Part shown: positions 54,836 through 62,761 of the stretch, in pieces
Layout of the letters: each line of letters starts with the position of its first letter
Numbering within the stretch: the first letter of the stretch is position 1
Assembly (NCBI GenBank): GCA_047456315.1
Contig: CP179889.1
Location: 128,776 to 192,775, forward strand
Direction: 5' to 3'
DNA from: Candidatus Nealsonbacteria bacterium
Lineage (GTDB): Bacteria; Patescibacteriota; Minisyncoccia; Minisyncoccales; JANBVM01
Length of the DNA stretch: 64,000 bases
Made by a program: the position numbers and the translations under genes
Notes under the pieces: model-generated
Databases searched by the model: none
Seen by the model: the letters and a program-made list of their open reading frames with translations, nothing else
What the model was told of the DNA's origin: nothing

Positions 54836-54885
54836 CTCTGGTTTATTTAAATCAAATATATACTATATAATCAATTTAACAATAT

Positions 54886-55278
54886 ATGCCAATGTTTGAA
54901 TTATTTAAAAAAAGTGATGAAATAGATCCAAAGGATTTACAAGAGGTTATTTCTCAGCTTAAGAATCTAAAAAAAGATTTTAGAAAAATGTCAATTGAAT
55001 TAAATGGCCTTAAAAAAGAGTCTAAGTTTTCGGTTCAAAAAACGGGTATTGTAAGATTTAATCCCTTTAAGAATCTGGGGGGAAACCAGAGCTTTTCTGT
55101 CGCGCTTTTAGATGGTAACAATGATGGAGTGGTAATTACCAGTTTTTACAGTAAAGATGGAAACAGAGTATTTGGAAAGCCAATCAAAAAAGGACGCTCT
55201 TCGCACGTTTTGTCTGAAGAGGAAAAAAGGGCAATAGAAAAAGCTAAGAAAACTCGGATTAACAGAAAAGAAATTTAA
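54886..55278 (+). CDS. DUF4446-family protein
   Basis: 130 aa with 'VRFNPFKNLGGNQSFSVALLDGNNDGVVITSFYSKDGNRVFGKPI', the signature I associate with DUF4446. Confidence 0.6.
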   Translation: MPMFELFKKSDEIDPKDLQEVISQLKNLKKDFRKMSIELNGLKKESKFSVQKTGIVRFNPFKNLGGNQSFSVALLDGNNDGVVITSFYSKDGNRVFGKPIKKGRSSHVLSEEEKRAIEKAKKTRINRKEI

Positions 55279-56769
55279 ATGACAAATACTAAAGACAAAT
55301 TAACAAGCCGGCCTCCGGTTGTGGTAGTTTTGGGTCATATTGATAGTGGGAAAACAAGCCTGCTTGATAAAATAAGGGAGGCAAAGGTTGCTGAAAAAGA
55401 ATCTGGTGGAATTACCCAGCATATTGGCGCTTATCAGCTTGAAAAAGATAATAAGAAAATCACTTTTATTGATACTCCTGGACACGAAGCTTTTTCTCAA
55501 ATGAGGTCTCGTGGAGCAAAAACTGCTGATATTGCTATTTTGGTGATAGACAGCACTAAAGGAGTACAGATTCAAACCAAAGAAGCTATTGAGCATATTA
55601 AAAAGTCCCAGGTTTTTCCTATAGTTGCTTTTAATAAAATTGACAGGCCAGAAGCTGATCCTCAAAAAGCTAAGGGGCAATTAGAAAAACAAGGCATTGC
55701 TGTTGAGTCAGTAGGAGGAAAGATTCCTTCTGTTAATGTTTCAGCAAAAACAGGACAGGGCGTTGAAGAACTTTTAGAACTCATTCTTTTGATTGCTGAT
55801 ATGGAGAATTTCCAGGCTGATATTTCAAAGCCAGCTCAAGGAGTGGTTATTGAATCTTATTTGGATAATAAAAGAGGGCCAATAGCAACTTTGATTTTAA
55901 ACGAAGGTGTATTAAAACCAAATGATATTATTGGCACTTTTTCAGCTTTCGGGAAATTAAAAGGACTGGAGAATTTCAAAGGTGAGCAGATTTCTCAAGC
56001 CCTGCCCTCTGATCCAGTAGTTGTTTTAGGATTTAACCAGGCGCCAAAAGTTGGAGAAACATTTACACTTTTTAATGATTTGGAGCTGGCAAAAGCTCAG
56101 ATTAAAACAGCCAAGCAGAAAAGCATTGAAAAAGAAGCAGAGCTTCAAGAGGGACAAAAAATGCTTAATTTGATTATCAAAAGTGATGTTTTGGGTTCTA
56201 TTGAGGCAATAGAAAATGTTTTAGATGGTCTTCCTCAGGAAAAAGTTGTTTTAAAAATTATTAAATCAGGGGTAGGACAAATTAATGAAAATGATATTAA
56301 AATGGCAAAAAGCTCAAAAGCATTAGTGCTGGGCTTTAGAATTAAGGCAAATAATACTGCTCATAAATTAGCTGAAAGAGAAAATATTAGAATAATGAAT
56401 TTTGAAATAATTTATGATTTGGTTGAGGAAATCAGAAAATACATGGAAAAAATATTAGAGCCTGAAGTTGTAAGGATTAATTTGGGAAAACTTAAAGTGC
56501 TGGTGAGCTTTTGGAGTGAGAAAAAGCGCCAGATTGTTGGTGGAAGAATGACTGAAGGAGAAATTAAAAAAAGCGTTTTAATTGAAGTAACAAGAGATGG
56601 TGAAGTTATTGACCAGGGCAGATTAATAAATCTTCAAAAGAATAAAAAAGATATTGAAAAAGCATCCAAAGGAAATGAGGTGGGAATACTTTATGAAGGG
56701 GAAAAAAAGATTGAAAAAGGCGATGAATTAATAATATTTGTTAAAGAAAGAAGAAAGGGAGAATTGTGA
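55279..56769 (+). CDS. infB: Translation initiation factor IF-2 (short form, no N-terminal extension)
   Basis: 496 aa with the GTPase motifs G1 'GHIDSGKTS', 'DTPGHEAF' and 'NKID'. The C-terminal domains are present. Followed by rbfA. Confidence 0.93.
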   Translation: MTNTKDKLTSRPPVVVVLGHIDSGKTSLLDKIREAKVAEKESGGITQHIGAYQLEKDNKKITFIDTPGHEAFSQMRSRGAKTADIAILVIDSTKGVQIQTKEAIEHIKKSQVFPIVAFNKIDRPEADPQKAKGQLEKQGIAVESVGGKIPSVNVSAKTGQGVEELLELILLIADMENFQADISKPAQGVVIESYLDNKRGPIATLILNEGVLKPNDIIGTFSAFGKLKGLENFKGEQISQALPSDPVVVLGFNQAPKVGETFTLFNDLELAKAQIKTAKQKSIEKEAELQEGQKMLNLIIKSDVLGSIEAIENVLDGLPQEKVVLKIIKSGVGQINENDIKMAKSSKALVLGFRIKANNTAHKLAERENIRIMNFEIIYDLVEEIRKYMEKILEPEVVRINLGKLKVLVSFWSEKKRQIVGGRMTEGEIKKSVLIEVTRDGEVIDQGRLINLQKNKKDIEKASKGNEVGILYEGEKKIEKGDELIIFVKERRKGEL

Positions 56770-56770
56770 G

Positions 56771-57115
56771 ATGTCTAAACGCATAAAAAGAGTTAATCAA
56801 TTAATTAAACAAACTCTTTCCAAGCTTCTTTTAAAAGAGCTGGATTTTGAAAAAGATATTTTAATCACACTCACCAGGGTGGAAACTGCTTCTGATTTAA
56901 GCAAAGCCAGTGTTTTCATCAGCGTAATGCCAGAAGAAAAAATTGAGCTGGTTCTGCGTTTTTTAAACAGAAATATCTATCATCTACAGCAAAAAATCAA
57001 TAAGAAGTTAGTAATGAAGCGGGTTCCTAAGATTATATTTAGAACAGAAACAAAAACAGCTGAAGCTGATAGAGTTGAAAAGCTGTTAAATGAGTTGAAA
57101 AATGAAGAAAAATGA
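56771..57115 (+). CDS. rbfA: Ribosome-binding factor A
   Basis: An 'MSKRIKRVNQLIKQ' start (ATG 56771) and 'ITLTRVETASDLSKASVFISV'. Located after infB. Confidence 0.88.
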   Translation: MSKRIKRVNQLIKQTLSKLLLKELDFEKDILITLTRVETASDLSKASVFISVMPEEKIELVLRFLNRNIYHLQQKINKKLVMKRVPKIIFRTETKTAEADRVEKLLNELKNEEK

Positions 57116-57129
57116 GATAAAATAAGATA

Positions 57130-57960
57130 ATGTATCTTGATCCTCGAGGAGGTTCAAATAGGCGAAAATTTAACGCCGATTTCTTTAAAAGATGGTCAAA
57201 TAAAATGGCCTATGTTTTAGGTTTTTTATATGCTGATGGCAATATAACCAATGCTGTAAAATCTTCAAGGACTCAGTATATAAAATTTTCGAATAATGAT
57301 AAAGAAATATTGAGAAAGATTAAACTGGCTTTAGAATCAGAACATGCTATTCGTTCACGCCCACCCCATCTATCATTACATAAAAATGGTAAATTTTATC
57401 AAAGCTCAGAGTCTTTTTCCCTTAGGATAGGAAGTAAAAAAATGTTTAATGATTTATTAAAGTTTGGATTAACACCAAGTAAGTCAAAAACTATGAGACT
57501 TCCACACATTCCTTCTAAGTATTTACCTCATTTTGTTAGGGGCTATTTTGATGGTGATGGAACTATATACATAGGGCCCAAAGAAAAGATCATAAAAGCT
57601 AATGTGTCTTTTTCTAGCGGAGGTGAAAAATTCTTAAAATCTCTTTCCAATAGTTTAACAAAAAACCTCGGTGTTAAAAAAAGAAAAACTTATAAAGGTA
57701 AAAGAGATTTTCAAATAAGGTATTATACAAAAGAAAGTATAGACATGTTTAAATTTATGTATAATAATTCAAATAGCTTGTTCCTTCAAAGAAAATTTGA
57801 TATTTTTAAGCAATTTTTTGATATAAGGAACAAATGGCTAGACAAAAAAGTTGTTAAAATTTTAAATCAGAATACAAAAATATGGCCAGGTACCCAAACA
57901 GCTAGGGAACGCTCTGCAAAAGCGTCACACGCGGGTGCAAATCCCGCCCTGGTCTCATAA
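57130..57960 (+). CDS. Free-standing double-motif LAGLIDADG homing endonuclease; 3' end reads through tRNA-Cys
   Basis: Two LAGLIDADG motifs, 'MAYVLGFLYADGNI' and 'HFVRGYFDGDGTIY'. The last 25 codons (57884-57958) are the tRNA-Cys gene, and the stop TAA at 57958-57960 falls just after the tRNA. Confidence 0.8.
   Translation: MYLDPRGGSNRRKFNADFFKRWSNKMAYVLGFLYADGNITNAVKSSRTQYIKFSNNDKEILRKIKLALESEHAIRSRPPHLSLHKNGKFYQSSESFSLRIGSKKMFNDLLKFGLTPSKSKTMRLPHIPSKYLPHFVRGYFDGDGTIYIGPKEKIIKANVSFSSGGEKFLKSLSNSLTKNLGVKKRKTYKGKRDFQIRYYTKESIDMFKFMYNNSNSLFLQRKFDIFKQFFDIRNKWLDKKVVKILNQNTKIWPGTQTARERSAKASHAGANPALVS
57884..57955 (+). tRNA. tRNA-Cys (anticodon GCA)
   Basis: Acceptor GGCCAGG/CCTGGTC (one G-U pair), anticodon arm ACGCT-CTGCAAA-AGCGT, T arm GCGGG-TGCAAAT-CCCGC, discriminator T (U73, typical of Cys). 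Confidence 0.85.
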
Positions 57961-57962
57961 TC

Positions 57963-58045
57963 GCCGCGGTGTTGGAATGGTATACAATGCGGACTTAAAA
58001 TCCGTTGGGAATTATCCCGTGTGGGTTCGAATCCCACCCGCGGCA
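57963..58045 (+). tRNA. tRNA-Leu (anticodon TAA)
   Basis: Acceptor GCCGCGG/CCGCGGC, anticodon arm GCGGA-CTTAAAA-TCCGT, a long variable arm, T arm GTGGG-TTCGAAT-CCCAC. Confidence 0.9.
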
Positions 58046-58055
58046 CTTAGAAACT

Positions 58056-58086
58056 AAAAACCACTGCATTAAACAGCGGTTTTTTG
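58056..58086. terminator. Putative bidirectional terminator
   Basis: ACCACTG-cattaaa-CAGCGGT (one mismatch) with an A-run and T-run, between the tRNAs (+) and the 3D-domain gene (-). Confidence 0.5.
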
Positions 58087-58106
58087 AATAGTTTTTAAAT
58101 TCTTTA

Positions 58107-58616
58107 TTATCCCTCCAATACCTCAATAGTAGTTCTTTTTGCTCCAAAACTCAGAGCCTGCCAATAATCAGCAAGCCAGACATCAACATGATAATATCCT
58201 TTTTTTCTGTTCATTCTGTCTTCAACAACAAAGATTTTATCTCCATAAACTTCTGGAATTCTGATTCTTGTTCCAAAAGGTAATAGATTATTAGCTACAA
58301 TTCCATCTCTAACATAAGAACCAGAAGCAGTAATAAAAGGAGTGTCATCTGTTTGAGATTCTGTGCTTGAATAAGCAGTAATAATTACTGGTAATTCTCT
58401 TACAACCCTTGGAGGAGGATTGGTTGGATTAGAAAGAGAACTTAAAGTATTTCCCTGGATAAATGAAAAACTGGGCATTGCATCAAGAGAAATGTCCTTT
58501 CTCTGTCCTATCTGATAATACAGCTGGGACAGGGCTGAAAATAGAATTAAAAATATTGTTATTTTAAGCGCCTCAATTGCAAGGCGTTTGTTATACTTGA
58601 TAGTTGAATTTGTCAT
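58107..58616 (-). CDS. 3D-domain (MltA-like fold) cell-wall-associated protein
   Basis: 169 aa with an N-terminal TM and 'ITAYSSTESQTDDTPFITASGSYVRDGIVANNLLPFGTRIRIP...VVEDRMN' (3D domain). Confidence 0.75.
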   Translation of the reverse strand: MTNSTIKYNKRLAIEALKITIFLILFSALSQLYYQIGQRKDISLDAMPSFSFIQGNTLSSLSNPTNPPPRVVRELPVIITAYSSTESQTDDTPFITASGSYVRDGIVANNLLPFGTRIRIPEVYGDKIFVVEDRMNRKKGYYHVDVWLADYWQALSFGAKRTTIEVLEG

Positions 58617-58735
58617 ATTAAAACCCCTATAAAATCAAGGGGTTTTAGCATAATAGCTGTTTCAAAAACCAGTGTCAAGGGTCAAAAAAAACGCTTCAAA
58701 AAGCAAGTTTTAATGGTTGTGAATAAGTGAAAATG

Positions 58736-58808
58736 AGCGAGAGACGGGGATCGAACCCGCGACCTTCTCGTTGGCAACGAGACGTTCTACCAGCTGAACT
58801 ACTCCCGC
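58736..58808 (-). tRNA. tRNA-Gly (anticodon GCC)
   Basis: Acceptor GCGGGAG/CTCTCGC, anticodon arm TCTCG-TTGCCAA-CGAGA, T arm GCGGG-TTCGATC-CCCGT. Confidence 0.9.
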
Positions 58809-58811
58809 ATG

Positions 58812-58883
58812 TGCCGTGGAGTGGAATTGAACCACCTACCCTTTCTTTTTCAGAGAAATGCTCTACCAATGAGCTACCACGGC
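58812..58883 (-). tRNA. tRNA-Phe (anticodon GAA)
   Basis: Acceptor GCCGTGG/CCACGGC, anticodon arm TTTCT-CTGAAAA-AGAAA, T arm GGTGG-TTCAATT-CCACT. Confidence 0.9.
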
Positions 58884-58891
58884 TTATTTCG

Positions 58892-58965
58892 TGGACCCAG
58901 AGGGACTCGAACCCTCGACCTTCGGTATGCCATACCGACACTCTAACCAACTGAGCTATGGGCCC
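58892..58965 (-). tRNA. tRNA-Ala (anticodon GGC)
   Basis: Acceptor GGGCCCA/TGGGTCC with the G3:U70 pair, anticodon arm TCGGT-ATGGCAT-ACCGA, T arm GAGGG-TTCGAGT-CCCTC. Confidence 0.9.
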
Positions 58966-58975
58966 CTTCTTTTTG

Positions 58976-59047
58976 TGTCCCCGACAGGAGTCGAACCTGT
59001 ATCAATGACTTAGGAGGTCATGATTCTGTCCATTGAACTACGGGGAC
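58976..59047 (-). tRNA. tRNA-Arg (anticodon CCT)
   Basis: Acceptor GTCCCCG/CGGGGAC, anticodon arm ATGAC-CTCCTAA-GTCAT. Confidence 0.88.
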
Positions 59048-59090
59048 AAAGGGGACGAATTCTTATGCACTTTTTTAAGAAGATAAATAA

Positions 59091-59119
59091 ATTCTATCAG
59101 CTTTTACTCTTGTTGACAA
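59091..59119 (-). promoter_or_regulatory. Putative promoter of the 4-tRNA cluster
   Basis: Minus strand: TTGTCA (59119-59114), 17-nt spacer, TAGAAT (59096-59091). It overlaps a plus-strand TTGACA at 59113-59118 that faces htrA. Confidence 0.4.
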
Positions 59120-59172
59120 TATAAGTTAATGATAAAATTTAAAAAGATAATCAATATAAAACAATCAAAAAG

Positions 59173-60198
59173 ATGCAAAAATCACCAATTGTTGAAATTG
59201 CGAAAAAGGTTAATCCAGCTGTTATAACTATTGTTGTTTCCAAAGACCTGCCAAAGATTGAAGGTTTTTATTTTTTCCCTTTTGGAGGAAGACAGTTTAT
59301 TGTTCCCCGGGTTGAAAAAAATAAGAAAGAAGAAACAAAAATAGGGGGCGGTTCAGGGTTCATTGTTTCCAAAGATGGCTACGTTTTAACGTGCAACCAC
59401 GTGGTCAAGGATCCAACAGCCAACTATACTGTTATTGTTGAGCCCACTAAAAAATACTCAGCAAAGGTTTTAGCAAAAGACCCATTAATTGATGTTGCTA
59501 TTTTAAAAATTAAAGACCATTCCCTTCCTTTCATAGAACTGGGTGATTCGTCAAAGATTGAATTAGGAGAATCAGTAATAGCAGTAGGAAATCCTTTAGG
59601 AGAATTTGAAGATACAATATCAGCAGGCATTATTTCAGGGTTAAGCAGAAAGATTAAAGCCTACCAAGGCCCAGCACTCAGAGCAACTAGTTTAAGAGGA
59701 TTAATTCAGACCGATGCTGCTATTAATCCAGGCAACAGTGGTGGTCCTTTAGTAAATATGGAAGGAAAAGCAATAGGTGTTAATACAGCAATGGTTATGG
59801 GAGCTCAGAATATTGGTTTTGCCATTCCAATTGATTATGCCAAAAAGGATTTAGAAGAAGTAATGAAGTTTGGGAAAATTAAAAAACCATTTTTAGGAGT
59901 AAGGTATTTCATTTTAAATAAACAAGTAGCTCAAGCCAACAAGCTTCCAATTGATTACGGAGCTTTAATTGTCAGGGAAAACTTAGGGGAAAGTGCGATT
60001 ATTAAAAACTCTCCTGCCGATAAAGCAGGGCTGAAAGAATATGACATTATTCTGGAATGCAATGGTAAAAAAATTAATGAAGAATCTCCTTTGGCTGACT
60101 TACTTCAAGAACAAAACATTGGACAAGAAATAACATTGAAAGTTTTAAGAGAAGGGAAAAAAATAAACATTAAAATAAAGCTTGGAGAAAGAAAATAA
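59173..60198 (+). CDS. htrA: HtrA/DegP-family serine protease with one PDZ domain
   Basis: 341 aa with 'GSGFIVSKDGYVLTCNHV' (His), 'DVAILKI' (Asp), 'TDAAINPGNSGGPL' (Ser) and a C-terminal PDZ. Confidence 0.9.
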   Translation: MQKSPIVEIAKKVNPAVITIVVSKDLPKIEGFYFFPFGGRQFIVPRVEKNKKEETKIGGGSGFIVSKDGYVLTCNHVVKDPTANYTVIVEPTKKYSAKVLAKDPLIDVAILKIKDHSLPFIELGDSSKIELGESVIAVGNPLGEFEDTISAGIISGLSRKIKAYQGPALRATSLRGLIQTDAAINPGNSGGPLVNMEGKAIGVNTAMVMGAQNIGFAIPIDYAKKDLEEVMKFGKIKKPFLGVRYFILNKQVAQANKLPIDYGALIVRENLGESAIIKNSPADKAGLKEYDIILECNGKKINEESPLADLLQEQNIGQEITLKVLREGKKINIKIKLGERK

Positions 60199-60215
60199 TG
60201 GAATCTTTATTCTGG

Positions 60216-60239
60216 AAAACCGCCCACAAGGCGGTTTTT
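60216..60239 (+). terminator. Rho-independent terminator of htrA
   Basis: ACCGCC-cacaa-GGCGGT followed by TTTTT. Confidence 0.75.
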
Positions 60240-60282
60240 GGATGATTGGACTACAGGACTAGATTAGAATCTATTTTGAAGC
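60238..60282. repeat. Copy 1 of a hairpin-containing repeat flanking the NUDIX gene
   Basis: The core 60252-60277 'tacaggactagattagaatctatttt' matches 60848-60873 at 20 of 26 positions by my count. Confidence 0.6.
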
Positions 60283-60774
60283 TTAAAATCTTTTCCATTC
60301 TGTCTTTTTACCCTTCTGTTGTTTCTCAGTCATGGCTAATTCATCATATATTCCGTCAATTAAATCATAGCTCTTTGCCTCTTCTAATGTCACCCATGCA
60401 AAACTATTAACTTCGTCTTCTTGTAATTTAATATCACCAGAGGAATAATCAGCCATACAGGAAATCACTAAGGATGGACTGCCATCTTTATGAACAGTAG
60501 CAAGACTTGTTACATATTTAATGTTTTCTATTTCAATTCCAGCTTCTTCTTTGACTTCTCTTCTGAGAACTTTTTCTAAAACATTATACCAATAAAACTC
60601 TGTATCTTTTGGAAGAGATAAATAATCTTCTGTTTCTAGCTTTCCTCCTGGCACGGTCCATCTCCCTGCAAACCGCTTTTTATTATCAGAACGTCTGACA
60701 ATTAAATATTTGCCTTCTTTAATAACAATTGCTGTTATGACTACTTCGTGAAGATATGTTTTTGGTTGATTCAT
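60283..60774 (-). CDS. NUDIX hydrolase
   Basis: 163 aa with the Nudix box 'GGKLETEDYL...VLRREVKEEAGIE'. Confidence 0.88.
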   Translation of the reverse strand: MNQPKTYLHEVVITAIVIKEGKYLIVRRSDNKKRFAGRWTVPGGKLETEDYLSLPKDTEFYWYNVLEKVLRREVKEEAGIEIENIKYVTSLATVHKDGSPSLVISCMADYSSGDIKLQEDEVNSFAWVTLEEAKSYDLIDGIYDELAMTEKQQKGKKTEWKRF

Positions 60775-60834
60775 GGTTTCGCCATTTATCCTGTTATTAT
60801 TTATTCTATCAAAAAATTACCTCTGAGGCGATTT

Positions 60835-60885
60835 TGTCAGGGTGAGTTACGGGACCAGGTTAGAACCTGTTTGGGCAAGGTTTAA
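60835..60885. repeat. Copy 2 of the repeat; also resembles the 3' end of tRNA-His
   Basis: Core 60848-60873 'tacgggaccaggttagaacctgtttg'. Positions 60839-60855 'agggtgagttacgggac' match 62321-62337 'agggtgagcgacgggac' at 15 of 17 positions in direct orientation. Confidence 0.55.
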
Positions 60886-60941
60886 ATAAAAAGAGAGCAA
60901 GTAAGAAATATGCTCTTTAATAGGCTAAAATTATTTTTAGT

Positions 60942-61247
60942 CTAAATTGCTATTGTATACTCCTTCTTTGTATCACTTACTAATTCATCGACTTGGCTAC
61001 CAGCCTTCTTAATTCTATGTATGATTTCTTTTATTCTTTCCTGAACTCTTTCTTTTTCCTCAGGTGGGTCTGTTTCTTTTGCGACTATCTTGTCGTCTAA
61101 ATGTGAACAAATAACATATCTATATTCGGAAGGACTACTTTGACCTATTGAAATATCCCACTTCTCAAGAAATAGATTATTGTCTTCTACTATTTTTGCA
61201 AGGTCTTTCCAGGTTAAACAATCTTGCTCGTGTATTTTTATCCCCAC
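60942..61247 (-). CDS. Hypothetical protein (start uncertain)
   Basis: 101 aa from GTG 61247. The frame stays open for about 35 codons upstream without an ATG, GTG or TTG, and an AAGAGGTG lies near 61335. A terminator-like hairpin sits at about 60890-60925. Confidence 0.4.
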   Translation of the reverse strand: MGIKIHEQDCLTWKDLAKIVEDNNLFLEKWDISIGQSSPSEYRYVICSHLDDKIVAKETDPPEEKERVQERIKEIIHRIKKAGSQVDELVSDTKKEYTIAI

Positions 61248-61451
61248 TCTTAAATATGGCTTACCATTTTTAACAAGATAATTATATCCATAACTCCAAT
61301 TAGGAGAATTTTCATTTTCTTTCAGATTCCAACACCTCTTTATTTTTTAAATATCTTATTTAAACTCTAATTGCTTTATTATACCAAAAACCCGAGAAAC
61401 AATCTCGAGCTAAGTCAGGGTCATAAACTAAGTATTATTATAATTGATATT

Positions 61452-61550
61452 ATGAAAGCTTTGGAAGATTATGAGTATATTGAGAGGTTGAGGCGGAAAT
61501 TTAAGTTAATACGGGAATTTAACCAGGAGAAGGTTGCACAACTAAGTTAG
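61452..61550 (+). pseudogene. Possible remnant of an XRE-type HTH gene (32 codons)
   Basis: Hand translation MKALEDYEYIERLRRKFKLIREFNQEKVAQLS*. The ending '..IREFNQEKVAQLS' resembles the start of an HTH motif before truncation. It overlaps the convergent gene by 4 nt. Confidence 0.25.
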
Positions 61551-62260
61551 AGTTTGTTTGAGTTAAGATTAAAATCGGTAATATCCTTAAAACTACATGT
61601 ACAAGGGGCGTTCTTACATACATGACAATTATTAGAGAACATAATAGAAAGCTCTTTTGCCACACTTATTCCTAATGAGTTAAAAACACTCAATGCACAA
61701 GAGAAGAAATCAGCAGCTTCTAATTCAAGGTTTTTAAAATCTTCATCTTTATGTCCTCCACGGTAAGTTAATAACGCCTCTGAAAACTCGCCTGCTTCTT
61801 CTGCCAAATGAATACCTGCTCGTTCTATGGTCCGTTTATCAGCTGGATATATTTTATTAAACATATTTTGAAACTCTTCCAAAGTTTTTGGTTTTTTACT
61901 TTCGTCTATAGAAATACTTTTCCTCTTTTTTATATTTTTTTCCTTGCAAGAACATGGACATGAACCACAATAGGAACACAAGTAGGGAAACCTCTTCCAT
62001 GTTTGATTTTCTATGTCAATATGAAGCTGATTCATTGTAGACATAAACCAGCTAAAAGCTATTAATAAATTAATTTTTGTTTTTTCTTTATCGTTTTTTC
62101 TAATACCTTTAAGTCCCCTCATCATAAAACGTTCAACATTACTAACCATATTCCATAGACTGAAATATCGATCATTAGAAAGACCATACACTTCTTTTAC
62201 AAAACTTTGATATTCTCTTATTGTTGTATTTTGTTTAACTGAAGCCATATATTCTACCAT
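61547..62260 (-). CDS. MazG-like nucleotide pyrophosphohydrolase-fold protein with Cys-rich insertions
   Basis: 237 aa. 'HLAEEAGEFSEAL' and 'LELEAADFFSCALSVFNSLGI' resemble MazG EExxE/D helices. It also has 'CSYCGSCPCSC' and 'CHVCKNAPCTCS' clusters. Confidence 0.4.
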   Translation of the reverse strand: MVEYMASVKQNTTIREYQSFVKEVYGLSNDRYFSLWNMVSNVERFMMRGLKGIRKNDKEKTKINLLIAFSWFMSTMNQLHIDIENQTWKRFPYLCSYCGSCPCSCKEKNIKKRKSISIDESKKPKTLEEFQNMFNKIYPADKRTIERAGIHLAEEAGEFSEALLTYRGGHKDEDFKNLELEAADFFSCALSVFNSLGISVAKELSIMFSNNCHVCKNAPCTCSFKDITDFNLNSNKL

Positions 62261-62322
62261 AGCACAAACCCGAGCCGAATACTCGGGCTTTAAAAACTGA
62301 AAAGTATAATAAAATTACGCAG

Positions 62323-62397
62323 GGTGAGCGACGGGACTCGAACCCGCAACCTTCGGGTCCACAACCCGAAGCTCTAACCAATTGAGCTACGCCCACC
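62323..62397 (-). tRNA. tRNA-His (anticodon GTG) with encoded G-1
   Basis: G-1 plus acceptor GTGGGCG/CGCTCAC and C73, anticodon arm TCGGG-TTGTGGA-CCCGA, T arm GCGGG-TTCGAGT-CCCGT. Confidence 0.9.
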
Positions 62398-62438
62398 ATA
62401 TACGAGTTACAATATACTAAATACTAAACGCAAACAAG

Positions 62439-62511
62439 TGCCCCGTGAGGGACTCGAACCCCCAACCTTGAAGTTAAGAGCTTCTTGCTCTACCAGCTGA
62501 GCTAACGGGGC
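62439..62511 (-). tRNA. tRNA-Lys (anticodon CTT)
   Basis: Acceptor GCCCCGT/ACGGGGC, anticodon arm AGAAG-CTCTTAA-CTTCA (27:43 mismatch), T arm GGGGG-TTCGAGT-CCCTC. Confidence 0.85.
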
Positions 62512-62531
62512 GATTATATTCCAAATTAAGA

Positions 62532-62729
62532 TTACGGAATACTTATTGATCTGACAACTTCTCTAAAACGCTTGCGATTTTTAAATTTTAATGGAACACC
62601 AATACACCAATATTTAATTGTACTCTTAGAAACGTTTAACTCTTTTCCTATTTCTCTATAGCTCCTCCCTCTTTTTCGAAGATCAACAGCTTCCACATTT
62701 GTTTTAGGAGAATATTTTGATTTGCTCAT
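62532..62729 (-). CDS. Small HTH protein, paralogous to the N-terminus of ORF 63366..>64000 (possibly a truncated copy)
   Basis: 65 aa. 'RGRSYREIGKELNVSKSTIKYW' aligns with 'QGKSYREIINIIPNLSKSTLSGW' of the last ORF. It ends 20 nt before tRNA-Lys. Confidence 0.5.
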   Translation of the reverse strand: MSKSKYSPKTNVEAVDLRKRGRSYREIGKELNVSKSTIKYWCIGVPLKFKNRKRFREVVRSISIP

Positions 62730-62761
62730 ATTAAAAATTGATTGAGCTATAGAGGTTTAGT

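Noticed and set aside
61411-61426. A third partial copy of the NUDIX-flanking repeat ('gtcagggtcataaac' shares 'gtcagggt' with 60836-60843).
   Set aside because: Only 8 nt match. That is too short to distinguish from chance.
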